From positions 1 through 64,000 of the forward strand of contig MU008178.1 of NCBI GenBank assembly GCA_010909165.1: DNA of 64,000 nucleotides, read 5' to 3'. Positions 24,527-37,240 of the stretch are shown here, piece by piece. How positions within the stretch are numbered: position 1 is the stretch's first letter; each line of letters opens with the position of its first letter. Both the position numbers and the translations under genes were made by a program. This DNA is from Anthoceros angustus. Its lineage: Eukaryota; Plantae; Anthocerotophyta. The notes beneath the pieces were generated by a model. The model worked only from the letters and a program-made list of their open reading frames with translations, was not told the origin of the DNA and did no database searches.

Positions 24527-27519
24527 CACGGTGGCCAAGTTAAGGGGGACAAACTTCAAGGCAATCGCCTAGCACTTTCTGGCGCTAGCGCAGATGGCTT
24601 GGTAAGGCCAACACGAGGTGGGAGAGAAGGACCCAAGCCCCAGTCAGCAATAATCTTCCTGGTATCGACCTTGATACCCTTAGCTGAGATTATATGTCCA
24701 TGGTATTCACATTCCTCCCTTGAGAACACATAGTTGCTGCGTTTTGCTAGTAGCTTGTGCTAGTGCAACTACTCAAATACCTTTCTGACTAGCTGATAAT
24801 GGGGGTCGTGGTCAGCACTGTATATGAGTGTGTCATCAAGGAAGACCTCAACTCCATGGCCAAGCAGTGGTAGTAGGATCTCCTGTATCAAACATTGAAA
24901 AGAGGCCAGAGCGTTCGTCAGGCTGAAAGGCATAACGATGAACTTGAAGTGGCCATGCCTAGTTCTGAAGGCTGTTTTGTACTCATCACCTTCACGGATC
25001 CGGAACTGGTGAAAGCCAGATCTGAGATCTATCTTGGAGAAGAACTTTGCTCCATAGAGCTGGTCAAGGGTTTCGTCAATTCTCAGAATTTGGTAAACAT
25101 TCCTGATGGTGGCCCTGTTGAGGCCCTTGTAGTCTATACACAAGCGCCAGCCCCCATTTGGTTTCCTAACCAGCAACTTTCCATGGTTGAGGTTCAGTAG
25201 GGAGGAATACTGACTGATTTATGTTCTGGTACCAGCTCAATGGCATGGCCTATGGCTCTACGTAATTCTGTAGGCTCTACGACATCTTTGGAACCGGACA
25301 ATAACTCTTTCATGGTAAGAGGGAACGTGTCTTCCTCTTCCTTGGCTTTAGCTGCTCTAAACTCAGGACACTCTTGATGTTGGTACCAATTGCTGTTGAG
25401 GTACGAGTGGTCTTACCAGTCTCTTTCAGCCATTTGATGGAGTCCTACCAATATGGGCTTGTTCGTGACCCATGCTCAGTTGATGTGCAGGTGAAGCACA
25501 TCCTTTTTTCATGGTAGTTCCTTTTCTAATCTTTGGACAAGATCTTGAACATAGGTTTTTTCTCCGCTACGTTAGCTGCTTAAGCCAAAACATAAAACTA
25601 GAAGCAGCCTAGTCTCCTCCTGCCCCTGTAGATTTGAGGTGGTAGATTCGAGTCCATCTCCATGGACTTTATAACCCACTTGCCCAGAACTAGATCCGAA
25701 AAAGATAGTGTTGGCGGGCACGAACACAACGGAGGTTAGTCCAGATCCAGTTCCGATCCGAGCTCCCAACACAACGGTTTCACAACCCCAGTAGCATGAC
25801 TACCACCTGTAGCCCCAAGTCCTTCCCAACAAATTGCTCCAACGACACCACCACAAACTCTGAACCCACTTGCTCACTGATTATTTCGAAGGTTGGGTAG
25901 GTGAATCCGACACCACAGCTACTTGGAAACCCATAGATTGGTGTCGCCGCTTCCCTCAACTCGAGCATGACCTCGAAGGCCTGGAGGACCAAGCCTCGTC
26001 AAGTGGGGGAGAATGCCACAGCACGACACAGTGATCGCTGACCACAGCATTGCCGGGACGACTCGGCTGGTGCACGAGCGGGAGGCCGGCTTAGGTCAGT
26101 CCCCAGCCATCCTTAAGGCACTCCCACATTTCATTCTGCTGGACGGTCAGCCATAGCATGCATACATAATAACCCATAATTACCAGTAATTAAAACCCCT
26201 TTCAGGATAGGTAAAATAGCTTAGACAAACTGTCAAGACACAATCGACATTCGGTTGTTCATGGGTTCTTTGCGCGACATGCATGAGACCCTACTTGTAC
26301 ATGGGATTGTAAGAATACAGCAGACCATTCTAGTTCGATCTACATGTAAGGGACCCAGCAGTCTCTTGTACGTTGCATAAACAAATGCTTCAACCTATGG
26401 GTAAAGACTTATTGGGGAAGTGTCACCCTAGACATCTCAGGCGAGGAATTGAGCAAGATTCTGAATGCAAACTTAGACGCTCATTATCTCCACAGAGACT
26501 ATGCATCTCATATCACAGAGTGGTGGAGCGTTGCAACTGATAAGTGATGTGAGTTGTCATTCTGAGTTGTCATTCTTCTCCCTTGTCTTCGATGGCCCAC
26601 AGCTGCCTCTTGCCGACAAAAGAGGAGGAAGACTTGCGTTTTGGGAAAGTTCTATGCAAGAGGCTCTACAAGTTTTTGTAAAAGAGATCCGCTATCGGTT
26701 GTGAAAGGGATCAACCTGATTGCTTAGAGGCCACACTTTCATTGCGATTGGAGTGCGCGAAGGAGATATTTGCTCGACCCAGGACTCCGTGAACTCCATT
26801 AGGAGGAGATTTAGCCCAATCAAGGGTCAATCTTTGTGACTTCTTTTACTTAACTTTTAGTAGCGGTTAATGTTGCGCTAAAAACCACATACAAGGGAGT
26901 CCACCGCACCCAATAAATGGGGCGATTTCCATACATATTCTAGATGAAAGGATTGTACCCCAACCCGGTACTGATCCGTTTAAAAGGGTGCTTAACTGTG
27001 GAGTTTTGATAGCGAGTGGTTTATGCATTCTTGGGGGTGCTTAGACCACTTAATAACAAAACTTCATGTTGCATCTAGACACATTATCACTATTGTGAGA
27101 TTTGACGGTGTTGGGAGTTGTGCATATGGATTTGGATGTTAGGCTGAAGGTGCGGGAGCACGAGGGTGCGAGAGCGCGAAGGCGCGAAGGTGCGAAGGAG
27201 TAGGAGCGCAGAGGTGTGTGGCGCGCAGTGGTGCAGGAGCGTGGAGGTGTGGGTGCGGAGGTGTGAGGTGTGCGGTCTTGTGAGGCCGCCAGTATGTTGC
27301 CCAAAGCGTGGCGAGTGCGTGCGGGCCGAGGGTGAGCCATGGACATGGGGGATACGTGTGGGGCGCAGGGTGTGGGGTCCCACAGCAAAGCCTAGTTCCT
27401 TGGGCCTGCGGAGCGGAGGCAATGAGGCCGGCCCGCTTTTAGGTTCGTGTCCTTCGCCGGCCTTGGCTTTGCTATTTGGGGCTGCGGCCCGCTTTTGAGG
27501 GCTCACGGCCTTGCGGCGG

Positions 27520-28410
27520 GCCCCGGTTCTAGGCTCTGCAGTGCGGCGGGTAAGACTGATTTTCGAGGCTTGTGCAAGTGGTAGCGCCAGTTTTCAAGGC
27601 TTGCGGCGGCATACCGAGTCTTTTGGTGCTGATTTTTGGCGATAATTCTTCCGGTTTTTCGCGGTTTCAAGTGTCCATTTTAGGGTGGCGCAATTTTGTG
27701 CGCAAGGTGCTCTTCAAGAAATTTTTGGGGGTCCTTTTGCGCTTCTACAGGATTCCTCATTGTCTTTGGCTAAATTTGTACGTCGGGCACTATTTTGGTG
27801 GGTTTTGGCGTGTTCTTAGGGCTCATGATGCGGCGGCAGCAAGACCCGGTTTTCGAGGCTGGCGCCGCCCATTTTCAAGGCTTGCGGTATGCGGCGGCGG
27901 TGTCTTTTGGTGCTGATTTTTTGGCGATAATTCTTCCCCGGTTTTTCTCGCCGGTTTCAAGTGTCCATTTTTAGGGCGCGCAATTTTGTGCGCACGCAAG
28001 GTGCTCTTCAAGAAATTTTTTTGGGGGTCCTTTTTGCGCTTCTTCTCTACAGGATTCCTCGGCTGTCTTTGGCTAAATTTGGCACGTGCGGGCACTATTT
28101 TGGTGGGTTTTGGCGGCGGGCCCCGGTTCTTAGGGCTCATGATGCGGCAGCAAGACCCGGCCAGTTTTCAGAGCCATGGCGCCTGGCCCAGTTTTACATG
28201 AAGGCGGCGGTGAGTCTTTTGGTGCTGATTTTTTGGCGATAATTTTTCCCCGGTTTTTCTCGCCGGTTTGAAGTGTCCATTTTTAGGGCGCGCAATTTTG
28301 TGCGCACGCGAGGTGCTCTTCAAGAAATTTTTTTGGGGGTCCTTTTTGCGCTTCTTCTCTACAGGATTCCTCGGCTGTCTTTGGCTAAATTTGGCACGTG
28401 CGGGCAAATT
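27520..28410. repeat. About three tandem ~300-bp units
   Basis: Recurring TTTTGGTGCTGATTTTTGGCGATAAT...GTGTCCATTTTAGGG...GGTGCTCTTCAAGAAATTTTT...CTTTGGCTAAATTTG. Confidence 0.85.
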
Positions 28411-28411
28411 G

Positions 28412-30500
28412 TTAGGTCAAGTAGGTGAATATGCCTTTGCTGCCAGGGCTCTCCGCCCTCTTCTTTTGGCCCTTGCTTCTGAGGAGACCATTGCACCGCT
28501 TTGCGCCTTGCATCTAGCCCAGAAGGATGCCATCCCCCTGGACATACTCGACTATGTCTCTAATGACCCCTTCTCTCTAGACCGTGCGGCTTTCGCCTTG
28601 GCTCTCTCTACGGCCCCGCGTCTTCTGCCGGGCTATCTAGAATGGTGTTTGAACACCTTAGGAACCTCTTTCTTCCTGAAGACCCATCCAGCGGCTTCCC
28701 TAAGCTCTTTTCCCTAGCTGGCGCTATGGCGCAGGGTGAAATGCTTCTTCGGATCTCTCAAGTCCTTGTAGCTAGCAGGTTAGTTGCCATGGACAAGCCT
28801 GCCCCAAGCTTTGGTGTGCGTCCACACGTGGTCGGGAAAGCCTTCATGCGGTTCCTCAATTCTATTATTGTCCTTCAGTGCCGCTCCCTCCTTCAGCAGC
28901 ACCTTAACCCCCTTCAATTTGGCATCGCCACTAGGGGGGGTTGCGAGTCTGTGGTATTTGGTGTGCAGGCATGCCTTGACACCCACCCGGAGTGGGTGAT
29001 CTTACAGGAGGATGTTGAGAACGCCTTTAATACTATTTCCAAGAGCGTCATTTTCGAGGAGCTTATGGACGCCGGTGGTGTCCTAGGGAAGCTTATCCCT
29101 TTTGTCCGGTACTTCTACGGGAGGTCTTCCAACTTCTACTATCAGCATAAGAACATCTCTTCGGGATTTACCGTTTCTGTCTTGGAATCGCCCACAAGCA
29201 CCAGGCAAGGCAACCCTTTAGGCGATGCTCTCTTTGTCGTCGCTCACTACAGGGCCCTATCCAGGGCCGCTTCCTTAGCGCTTGACTGTGTCTTCCCATC
29301 GCTGGCATACAACTCTCACATCCTCGGACCTAGGGACAAGGTCAAGGTAGCCTTTGAGCTCTTCTTTCATGAGCTCTTTTTGGTTGGCTTGAAGGTTAAG
29401 CTCTCCAAGTGCCTTGTCTGGTCCTTGTCGAGCATCATCCCCACTTCGCAGTTCCCTATTGGGGAGATTGCTCCGGCCCCGGGTTTACGGATTTTAGGAG
29501 TTTCCTTCGATTCTCCTAATTTCATTGGGAGCTTCCTGGACCAGGCTCTCCAGGAAGACTTATCCCATGTCGAGGACCTTCCTCTACTGGAGTATGCTCA
29601 GGTGGCCTTCAGAATTCTTTCTTCCTGTTCCGCTAGGCACTTGGGCTACCTCATCCGCACATAGCCCCCGTCTCAGGTTCAAGATTCTATCTCGGTTATA
29701 AAGGTTGAACAGGAAGATTATGGACACTCTCGGAGACATAATGGGCCCAGGGGCTTTCAAGTGCCCTCATACTTTATTTCGTTATGGTCCCACCCGATCT
29801 GATTTGGGGGCACGGCACTGCTCTCATTGGAGGTTTCTTCCCGGACAGCTTTTTTGAGGAGCTGGGCCCTGTCAGCCCTTGCCGTGGCCTCTTGCTTCAT
29901 CCTCCAGTACCGGCCCTTTCTAGAGGATCTTGTTTCTGGTGTGAAAGAGGGAACCTTCCCTCTCAAAATTTCCTTGAGGCAGGCCAGGAAAATGCTTTTT
30001 GCGGATGGTAGGTGGGAATTCCCCCCTTTCTCGAATTTCATCTCGAACAGTTTCAGGGGGTTGCAGGCGGCGTTGCTTGAGAAGCAGTCAAGCTTTCCAG
30101 CCCGTCCTCCTAGACTCCTCCATCCACAGGTCTACGAGAGCTCCGCTTTGCTCTTGTTCTAGTAAGGGTGCTGGCGCTTGGCTTCTGGCTCGTCCATGTA
30201 TTTGGGGTTTTGTCATCGCACTTACCACCTTCGCCACTGCGATGCGATTCCGTTTTGGCCTGCTCTAGCCTGTGGCATTCTCCATCTTTATCTGTGAGTG
30301 CGACTCTGCCCTCGATGGCTCTGGGGTACACCTTGCTTACTGTCTCCATGGGGGTCACTCACGACGTAGTTCGCGATGTCATGTTTGCCATAGCTCGTGA
30401 AAGCGGCTACATGGCCTGGAGGGAGCAAGGGTACACTCTTCGTACAGGTTGGTCAATTAGGCTGACTTGTACCTTGTCCGCGGTGATCAAGTCTCGGTGG
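28412..30500 (+). mobile_element. 5'-truncated CRE-like (RLE-type) non-LTR retrotransposon, degenerate
   Basis: RT 28642-29664 (ASRLVAMDK..GVRP..LNPLQFGIA.RGGCE..QEDVENAFNTIS..TRQGNPLG). C-terminal CxC...H...C zinc knuckle followed by THDVVRDVMFAIARESG at about 30290-30430. Confidence 0.75.
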
Positions 30501-30752
30501 CAAGATATCATACTCAAATCATTGGAAGTTCCTTTTCATTTAGATTCATGAAACAAATTGTAGAATTCTCATAACTGTTAGACGACCAATATGCATCATC
30601 GAGACATTCTGAAAATCTAAGACCCCTCGAAACAAAACACATACATAACTACAAAAGATTATGAATAAAAACTTATAAAACAACTCCATGCTACTATAAT
30701 ATCCAAAGCCTAGGAGTCTCTTTATTGCCACACTAAACTCACTATCGTAGGG

Positions 30753-31110
30753 TAGGGTGTCATTTTGACCGAGTACTATCTCGGTCCGGACACTAGCTCG
30801 TTGGTCCGGACGAGGAAGGGACGTGCCTTTTGCGACCATTGGTCACTAAATATAATCAATATAAATAATTAATTTATAAATAATAATATAAAAGGCATAG
30901 ATGCGAGTCCGCAGCATCACTACCGGTATGCTGAGACTACGTCCATGATAAGATGGGTCCATGTGTCCATAATAAATATAAATCCACGATATAAAATTAA
31001 GCAATTTCTTGATTTTAAACTGGACTTTTATGAACCCTCGGTCCACGAAAAAATAAGGGACCGAGGTGGGGGCTCAGACCGAGAACCTCGGTCCCATGTT
31101 TTTTTTGATA
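30753..31110. mobile_element. Possible DNA-transposon terminus with CTCGGTCC/GACCGAG subterminal repeats
   Basis: TAGGGTGTCATTTTGACCGAG followed by repeated CTCGGTCC motifs in both orientations. No partner terminus found. Confidence 0.3.
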
Positions 31111-31147
31111 CATGCGGACAATCCGAGTCGAAATAAAGGAATCAGCC

Positions 31148-34100
31148 GAGCTACGCTTTTCAAGAAAAATAAATTATTTTTACTTTAGTCTGATATTTTA
31201 ATATTAAAGATAAAAGACTTGTTTAATTTAACTATTTTATTTTTATATAATAAATATAAATTAATATATATCGAGCAACTATTTTCTCAATAATATAATA
31301 TAATATGAAAATAATATATAAATTAATATAAAATATATTTGCTCAATTTTTAAATTTTTCTAAATTATTCATCGAAATGTAAAAATTTCTAGATATAATG
31401 CCAATACCAAAGTATAACCAACTAGTGCACTTGAACCACAGTAGCTCGGGATGCGAGGAATTAGGATTGGATTGAGGGCAAAAACCACACAACTCGGGAT
31501 GCTAGCGAGTGGGGTTGAATACTCACTGTTCTCAACCGAGGCCTTGCCTCTAACAACTAGACCCGAGCGAGTGAGGAATCGAGATCGAGCTCGGGATGCA
31601 ACAAAGTAGGATTAAACCAGCGACCACGTGAAGGCCTTGCCTTCAACTACCAAGACCCGGTTTCTTGATATTGGTTTAGTATGGACGTGCTTAATATATG
31701 ATCATTTATAAAGTGCTGAATTGAAGAAAATATACTACCTTCTTTGTTGAAATTATATAGAATATTTTATACCGTATTAAAAATTAATCCTTAAAAATTG
31801 ACTATTCGACAAAGGCGTCAAACCATAGCCCCACTCCCCACGATCGTGTCATTCTTTATGTTAGTGCCTCTCTTTATATGTTGTTGCATCACATTGCATC
31901 GTATTCAATACGGCACGAAATCACAAATTTGACTCGCCAGTGCAAAGTATGATATCATGAATACACAATCAAGTGAACACACCTCGCGAAGATCTTGGCT
32001 GGAGGAGTATGCGGGTTGGGTGACGTCGACGTTTTCCCAACTTGAGCGAACTTTATTTTCGATCTGTTCCCCTACTACACAAAATTGGTTGGATCGAAAC
32101 TGCTCATACAATCTTACTCTTCATCCCTGTTGAATTTGGTGTTCAGGATTCACGATCTTACGGTGGCGATCTCTCTGGCCTGGTCATTGTTTCTTTGGTA
32201 GCGGGGTTGCTTGCTCGACTTGTGGGTGGAATGATTTCGGTGGCGTCAACATGGACGAAATGCCACCGCACATTTTCCACGGTTGCTAGCGATCTTCTTC
32301 GTTCCAGCTTCTGAAAATAATGATGTTCACTCGATTCACAAAACCGGTGACTTCTCCATGCTTTAGGTGATGTTTAGTAATATGAAATGGCAAGCGGGCT
32401 GGCACGAAACAAGGATGGCACATCAACCAGCGCCTGCCAGATATCTTTGAGAGGCGTGTCCGAGAAAACACGAAGCCGGTCAGGGTAGCGCGGGCGCAGG
32501 ATGTAACTTTCGACGGCAACAAATGTCTGAGTTCGTCTCTTCGTCCCGATTTCTGCGGTGAGCACAGATCTAGCCTCGGGAAGCAAGTTTGCGGTGGTCG
32601 CACATGGAAGGATTTTGTATTCCAACCGGGCTTCATCGCATATGATCGTTTTGTGGAAGAATTGGCGAAAATTCGGTCATGTTCTTGGGGCTCTTGCTCC
32701 GCTCATCTTGTTGCATGATCTTGAGCTTTTTAGGTCTCGACCTCACGATGCTTCAAGGCCTTGAAATGGCTCGGCTGCACTGGGCAACCCCATACCACCA
32801 CCTTCCCTAGCACCGACGCTCAAGGGCTTCCCCAACCACTAGGAATGCCACCTTTCTGCGTTTTGAAATTAGTCTCACTGAAGGAGATGTCATCGGATCG
32901 GTTGATGAGCAAATTGTTTACTTGGAATCGCTTGCAGAGGAGATGCTTGAGAACTGCCTGCCCTCGCCCTAGCGCAAACATTTCCACCACGGATTAGATT
33001 TTTTTTTACACATGCCGGAGCAGGACTAGTCAGACAAATGCCACCCCGTCAGGGAGCTACGCTTTTCAAAAAATAAATTATTTTTACTTTAGTCTGATAT
33101 TTTAATATTAAAGATAAAAGACTTGTTTAATTTAACTATTTTATTTTTATATAATAAATATAAATTAATATATATCGAGCAACTATTTTCTCAATAATAT
33201 AATATAATATGAAAATAATATATAAATTAATATAAAATATATTTGCTCAATTTTTAAATTTTCTAAATTATTCATCGAAATGTAAAAAATTTCTAGATAT
33301 AATGCCAATACCAAAGTAAGGCAACTAACCAGTGCACTTGAACCACAGCGCTCGGGGATGCGAGGAATTAGGATTGGATTGAGGGCAAAAACCACACAAC
33401 TCAGGATGCTAGCGAGGAGTGGGGTTGAATACTCAATTGCCTCAACCGAGGCCTTGCCTCTAACAACTAGACCAGGCGAGTGAGGAATCGAGATCGAGCT
33501 CGGGGATGCAACAAAGTAGGATTAAACCCGCGACCACGTGAACCAAGGCCTTGCCTTCAACTACCAAGACCAGTTTCTTGATATTGGTTTAGTATGGACG
33601 TGCTTAATATATGACTGTTTATAAAGTGCTGAATTGAAGAAAAATATACTACCTTGCTGTTGAAATTATATAGAATATTTTATACCGTATTAAAAATTAA
33701 TCCTTAAAAAAAATTGACTATTCGACAAAGGGGCGTCCAAACCATAGCCCCACTCCCCCTACGATCGTGTCATTCTTTATGTTAGTGCCTCTCTTTATAT
33801 GTTGTTGCATCCTGTTGCATCGTATTCAATACGGCACGAAATCACAAATTTGACTCCGCTTGTGCAAAGTATGATATCATGAATACACAATCAAGTGAAC
33901 ACACCTCGCGAAGATCTTGGCTGGAGGAGTATGCGGGTTGGGTGGGACGTCGACGTTTTCCCAACTTGAGCGAACTTTATTTTCGATCTGTTCCCCCTAC
34001 TACACAAAATTGGTTGGATCGACGCGAACTGTTCATACAATCTTACTCTTCATCCTGTTTGAATTTGGTGTTCGTAGGATTCACGATCTTCTGGTGGCGA

Positions 34101-35042
34101 TCTCTGCGTCATTGTTTCTTTGGTAGCTGGCGGGGCGAAGTTGCTTGCTCGATTCTGCTGGTGGCTGGTGAATGATTTCGGTGACGTCAACATGGACCAG
34201 GAAATGCCCACCGCACATTTTTCCACCGGTTGCTAGACAGCGATCTTCTTCCAGTTTCCAGCTTCCAGTTGCCTGAAATAATGATGTTCACTCGGTTACC
34301 GAAACCAGGCAGCTTCTCCCATGCTTTAGGTGATGTTTAGTAATATGAAATGGTAAGCGGGCTGGCACGAAACAAGGATGGCACATCAACGGCGCTTGCG
34401 GATATCTTTGAGAGGCGTGTCCAGAAAACCTGGCCCGGTCGAGTGGCGCGGATGTAACTTTCGACGGCAACAAATGTCTGAGTTCGTCTCTTCGTCCCGA
34501 TTTCTGCGGTGAGCACAGATCTAGCCTCGGGAAGCAAGTTTGCGGTGAGCACAGATCTAGCCTCGGGAAGCAAGTTTGCGGTGGTGCTGTACACCATGGA
34601 GAAGGATTTTGTATTCCAACCCCGGGCTTCACTGCATATGATCGTTTTTGTGGAAGAATTGGCGAGAAAATTCCCGGTCATGTTCTCTTGGGGCTCTTGC
34701 TCCTGCTCATCTTGTTTGCATGATCTTGAGCTGCTTTTTAGGTCTCAGCCTCTGATGCTTCAAGGCCTTGAAATGGCTCCAAGCCACAGAATTGGGCACT
34801 GCCATACCACCACCTTCCCTAGCACTGACGCGCTCAAGGGCTTCCGGCCCCAACCCTGCTAGGAATGCCCTGCTCTGCGTTTGCTGAAATTGGTCTCACC
34901 TGAAGGAGATGTCATCAGATCGGTTGATGAACGAAATTGTTTACTTGGAATCTGGCTTCGGTACAGGGAACAGATGCTTGAGAACTGTTCCTGTCCTCTG
35001 CCCTAGCTGCAAACATTTCCACCACGGATTAGATTTTTTTTT
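31148..35042. repeat. Tandem duplication of a ~1.9-kb unit (31148-33008 and 33054-35042)
   Basis: Both begin GAGCTACGCTTTTCAA...AAATTATTTTTACTTTAG and end CCACCACGGATTAGATTTTTT. Copy 2 has an internal ~36-bp duplication near 34505-34580. Confidence 0.9.
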
Positions 35043-35282
35043 TAATTTGGTATTTTGAAAATAAATCAAAACAACCCCGGGGGAGAAATCTTCAGCAAGG
35101 GTTCTGATTCCCCTATGTTACACATCGTATCATCCCAGCAGGAAGAGACCACAGATTAGATGTACAACCCTACCACCAACTTAGTACAAAAGCAGGAGCA
35201 ACTAACCACACTCAAGGAAGAATTTGGCACTGAAACCAGAAAGATACCAGGCCCAGAATCTAACGCGAAGCAGGATGTCTAC

Positions 35283-35962
35283 CTTGGTGTTGCAGTTCTC
35301 AAGTATTAGGTGGGGATAAGCTTCTAAAACTGTGCCCAGAGGCTCAGTTTTACTCCTTTCATGCCTTGTCTTCTGCACAAGATCGGATACCGCTAAGTAT
35401 GTGATAGTAGCCGGAGTTGCATGCTTCATCTTTCACACCTGCAAGGCTCCATGTGACCAACCAAAAGCAAATTATGCTACTCACCACATTCATGACCCAA
35501 AATAAGCTGTTGGGCCATAAGGCAAGTGACAGACAACAAGGCCATCAGGTTTCCCTCGATGCTCATGAACGATTACAATATCAGTGAAGTCATTTGCTCT
35601 GAATGCCGAGACAATTTCTGAGATGACCTACAACGACTGGATCGGCCACGGTTGATGACAGACACGATCAACTGGGGACGACACAGACGATAAGGATGGA
35701 GAAGTTTGCAACTTACTTGACCTCCACAGTTTAGCCTTTGTGCATTTGGCAGCAGTATCTTGAGCTCCTACACCGCACAAGAACGCCACCGTTGAAAACC
35801 TGGCACAGGATATTTTGACAATATCCAGGCAGAGAAACAAACTTTCACTCGGATACATACCTTCACGAATCGGGTGAGCGTACTGCTGGGATCGCTAAAC
35901 GTGGTTAGCAGAATTTTGCACACCTGCGTGCGCATACTCATCGTCGATGCCGGGCGCCATCT
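35283..35962 (-). pseudogene. IMP4: IMP4 (U3 snoRNP Brix-domain protein) internal fragment; exons 35962-35861, 35767-35717, 35627-35485, 35372-35283
   Basis: IDDEYAHAG..KILLTTFSDPSSTLTRFVK | ELKILLPNAQRLNCGGQ | VISEIVSAFRANDFTDIVIVHEHRGKPDGLVVCHLPYGPTAYFG | KTRHE...LGTVLEAYPHLILEN, with GT-AG introns. N- and C-terminal exons not found. Confidence 0.85.
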
Positions 35963-36472
35963 CTAGGACATTCAAGAAAATACAAACTCTGGCAGGTTCG
36001 CAGACTTGTGAACCCTAGTGGTGGATTCAGACTTTCAGACCTGCCTCGTAGCTAAAATGCTAGACTAGGTTTGCAACTCATTGGTCAATGGGTTTTATAC
36101 TGAGGGATTTGCGTTCAGCTCTTCGAGGAGTACAGTGTAAGCGCTTCTGCACGTTCTCCCCATTCTTCCACGAGACGACAAGACAGGAGAAACATCTTGT
36201 GAAGGGACTGCATTTCTCACTTTTGCCAGAGAGAGAGGCGGACAAGTAAGGGGTGCAGGAATTGAATTAAGTGTGGCTATCGCTTCTAGCGCTAAGGCCA
36301 TACTACACCTATACTATATAGGTACACAGAGGCGCAGAAGCACCTAAGAATTTTTGAGTGGTGGAGAACGAGGCAGTCGGAAACCTTGTTAGAGTGTGCT
36401 AGTTGTGACATTTTTGTGCGATCTTTTGGGTTTAGATTCACAAGTGTGTACGTAGATGGTGGAGAACGCAAG

Positions 36473-36790
36473 GCGCTAATGGTCACTGTGCTCTTAATGC
36501 GAGCACGGAAACCAAAGCGCCAACCCACCATGGTGAGCATGTCACACCGTAGCGGTCATGCCATCGCTCTCATCCACTCTCCCGTTCGGCGCGACGGCAT
36601 TTCGCACGCCCGTCACCGCTTCACTAACCATAATGTAACGTATAATATAGCTATACCATATGTACTCTGTATTGTACCCATATGTCTACGTATTTTTGAA
36701 CCCGTCTTTAGTTTGAAGAAGTGCAAACTCTGAAAGTGCCCTATCCCGCACGCTCGCGAGGCTAGGTTCCAAAGCTGGCCGTGACCGAAC
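36473..36790 (+). repeat. Left arm of a ~300-bp inverted repeat
   Basis: GCGCTAATGGTCAC...CTTCACTAACC...GTACCCATATGT...CTTTAGTTTGAAGAAGTGCAA...GTGCCCTATCC; its reverse complement is at 54295-54578. Confidence 0.85.
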
Positions 36791-36830
36791 TTGCTAAATG
36801 AAGCTCGACTTGAACACGGTGGTCGCTTAG

Positions 36831-37240
36831 TTGGAAGAGGACGAGCCTACCCAGCTCAACTTTGTGCCTCTGCGCATCAGTGTACAGGATTACAATAGAG
36901 GCTCACATGTCTATAGAGGTTGCGTGAAATGTTTCACTGGTATCTTGCCGGAAGGGTGGTGTAAAAAATGTAAGGCTGTTGTGAATGGGCAAATGGGCAA
37001 ATGCAATCAGGTTTGGAGGAGTCGAGCAGTCTTGACTCCTCCTTCTTGATTCGATTGTGAGGCATGGGCGACGGCATTCACTGCTGGTAGAGATTTTATT
37101 AGGCTCACGGCTGAAGAGTTTAGCTTGAAGGAATTAGGAGGAGAAGGTATAGAAGTCTTGGACTGGCTGCTGCACAAGAGTTTCCTATGCCTCTTCTCCA
37201 TCAAAAAACATCAAGTCGTGACCTTCCAGCATCATCATTC
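36831..37240 (+). pseudogene. Possible RPA1 C-terminal-type zinc OB-fold remnant (one in-frame TGA at 37047-37049)
   Basis: VYRGCVKC-x9-CKKC...VWRSRAVL..*..AWATAFTAGRDFIRLTAEEFSLKEL...EVLDWLLHKSFLCLFSIK resembles the Rep_fac-A_C pattern. Confidence 0.45.

Larger units (their letters stand above)
16681..26130 (-). mobile_element. Decayed Ty3/Gypsy element split by the Copia insertion; diverged direct repeats at 16681-16762 and 26048-26130 may be LTR remnants
   Basis: RT at about 24600-25176 (WRLCIDYKGLN...FSKIDLRSGFHQ...KTAFRTRHGHF...VFLDD). An RNase H end motif (HPG...VANALSR with a 1-bp slip) lies at about 17500-17560, on the other side of the Copia. Confidence 0.7.

Noticed and set aside
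27520-28410. Tandem repeats as a CRISPR array or protein-coding repeat
   Set aside because: Eukaryotic context, ~300-bp whole-unit repeats with no unique spacers, and ORFs that differ by indels.
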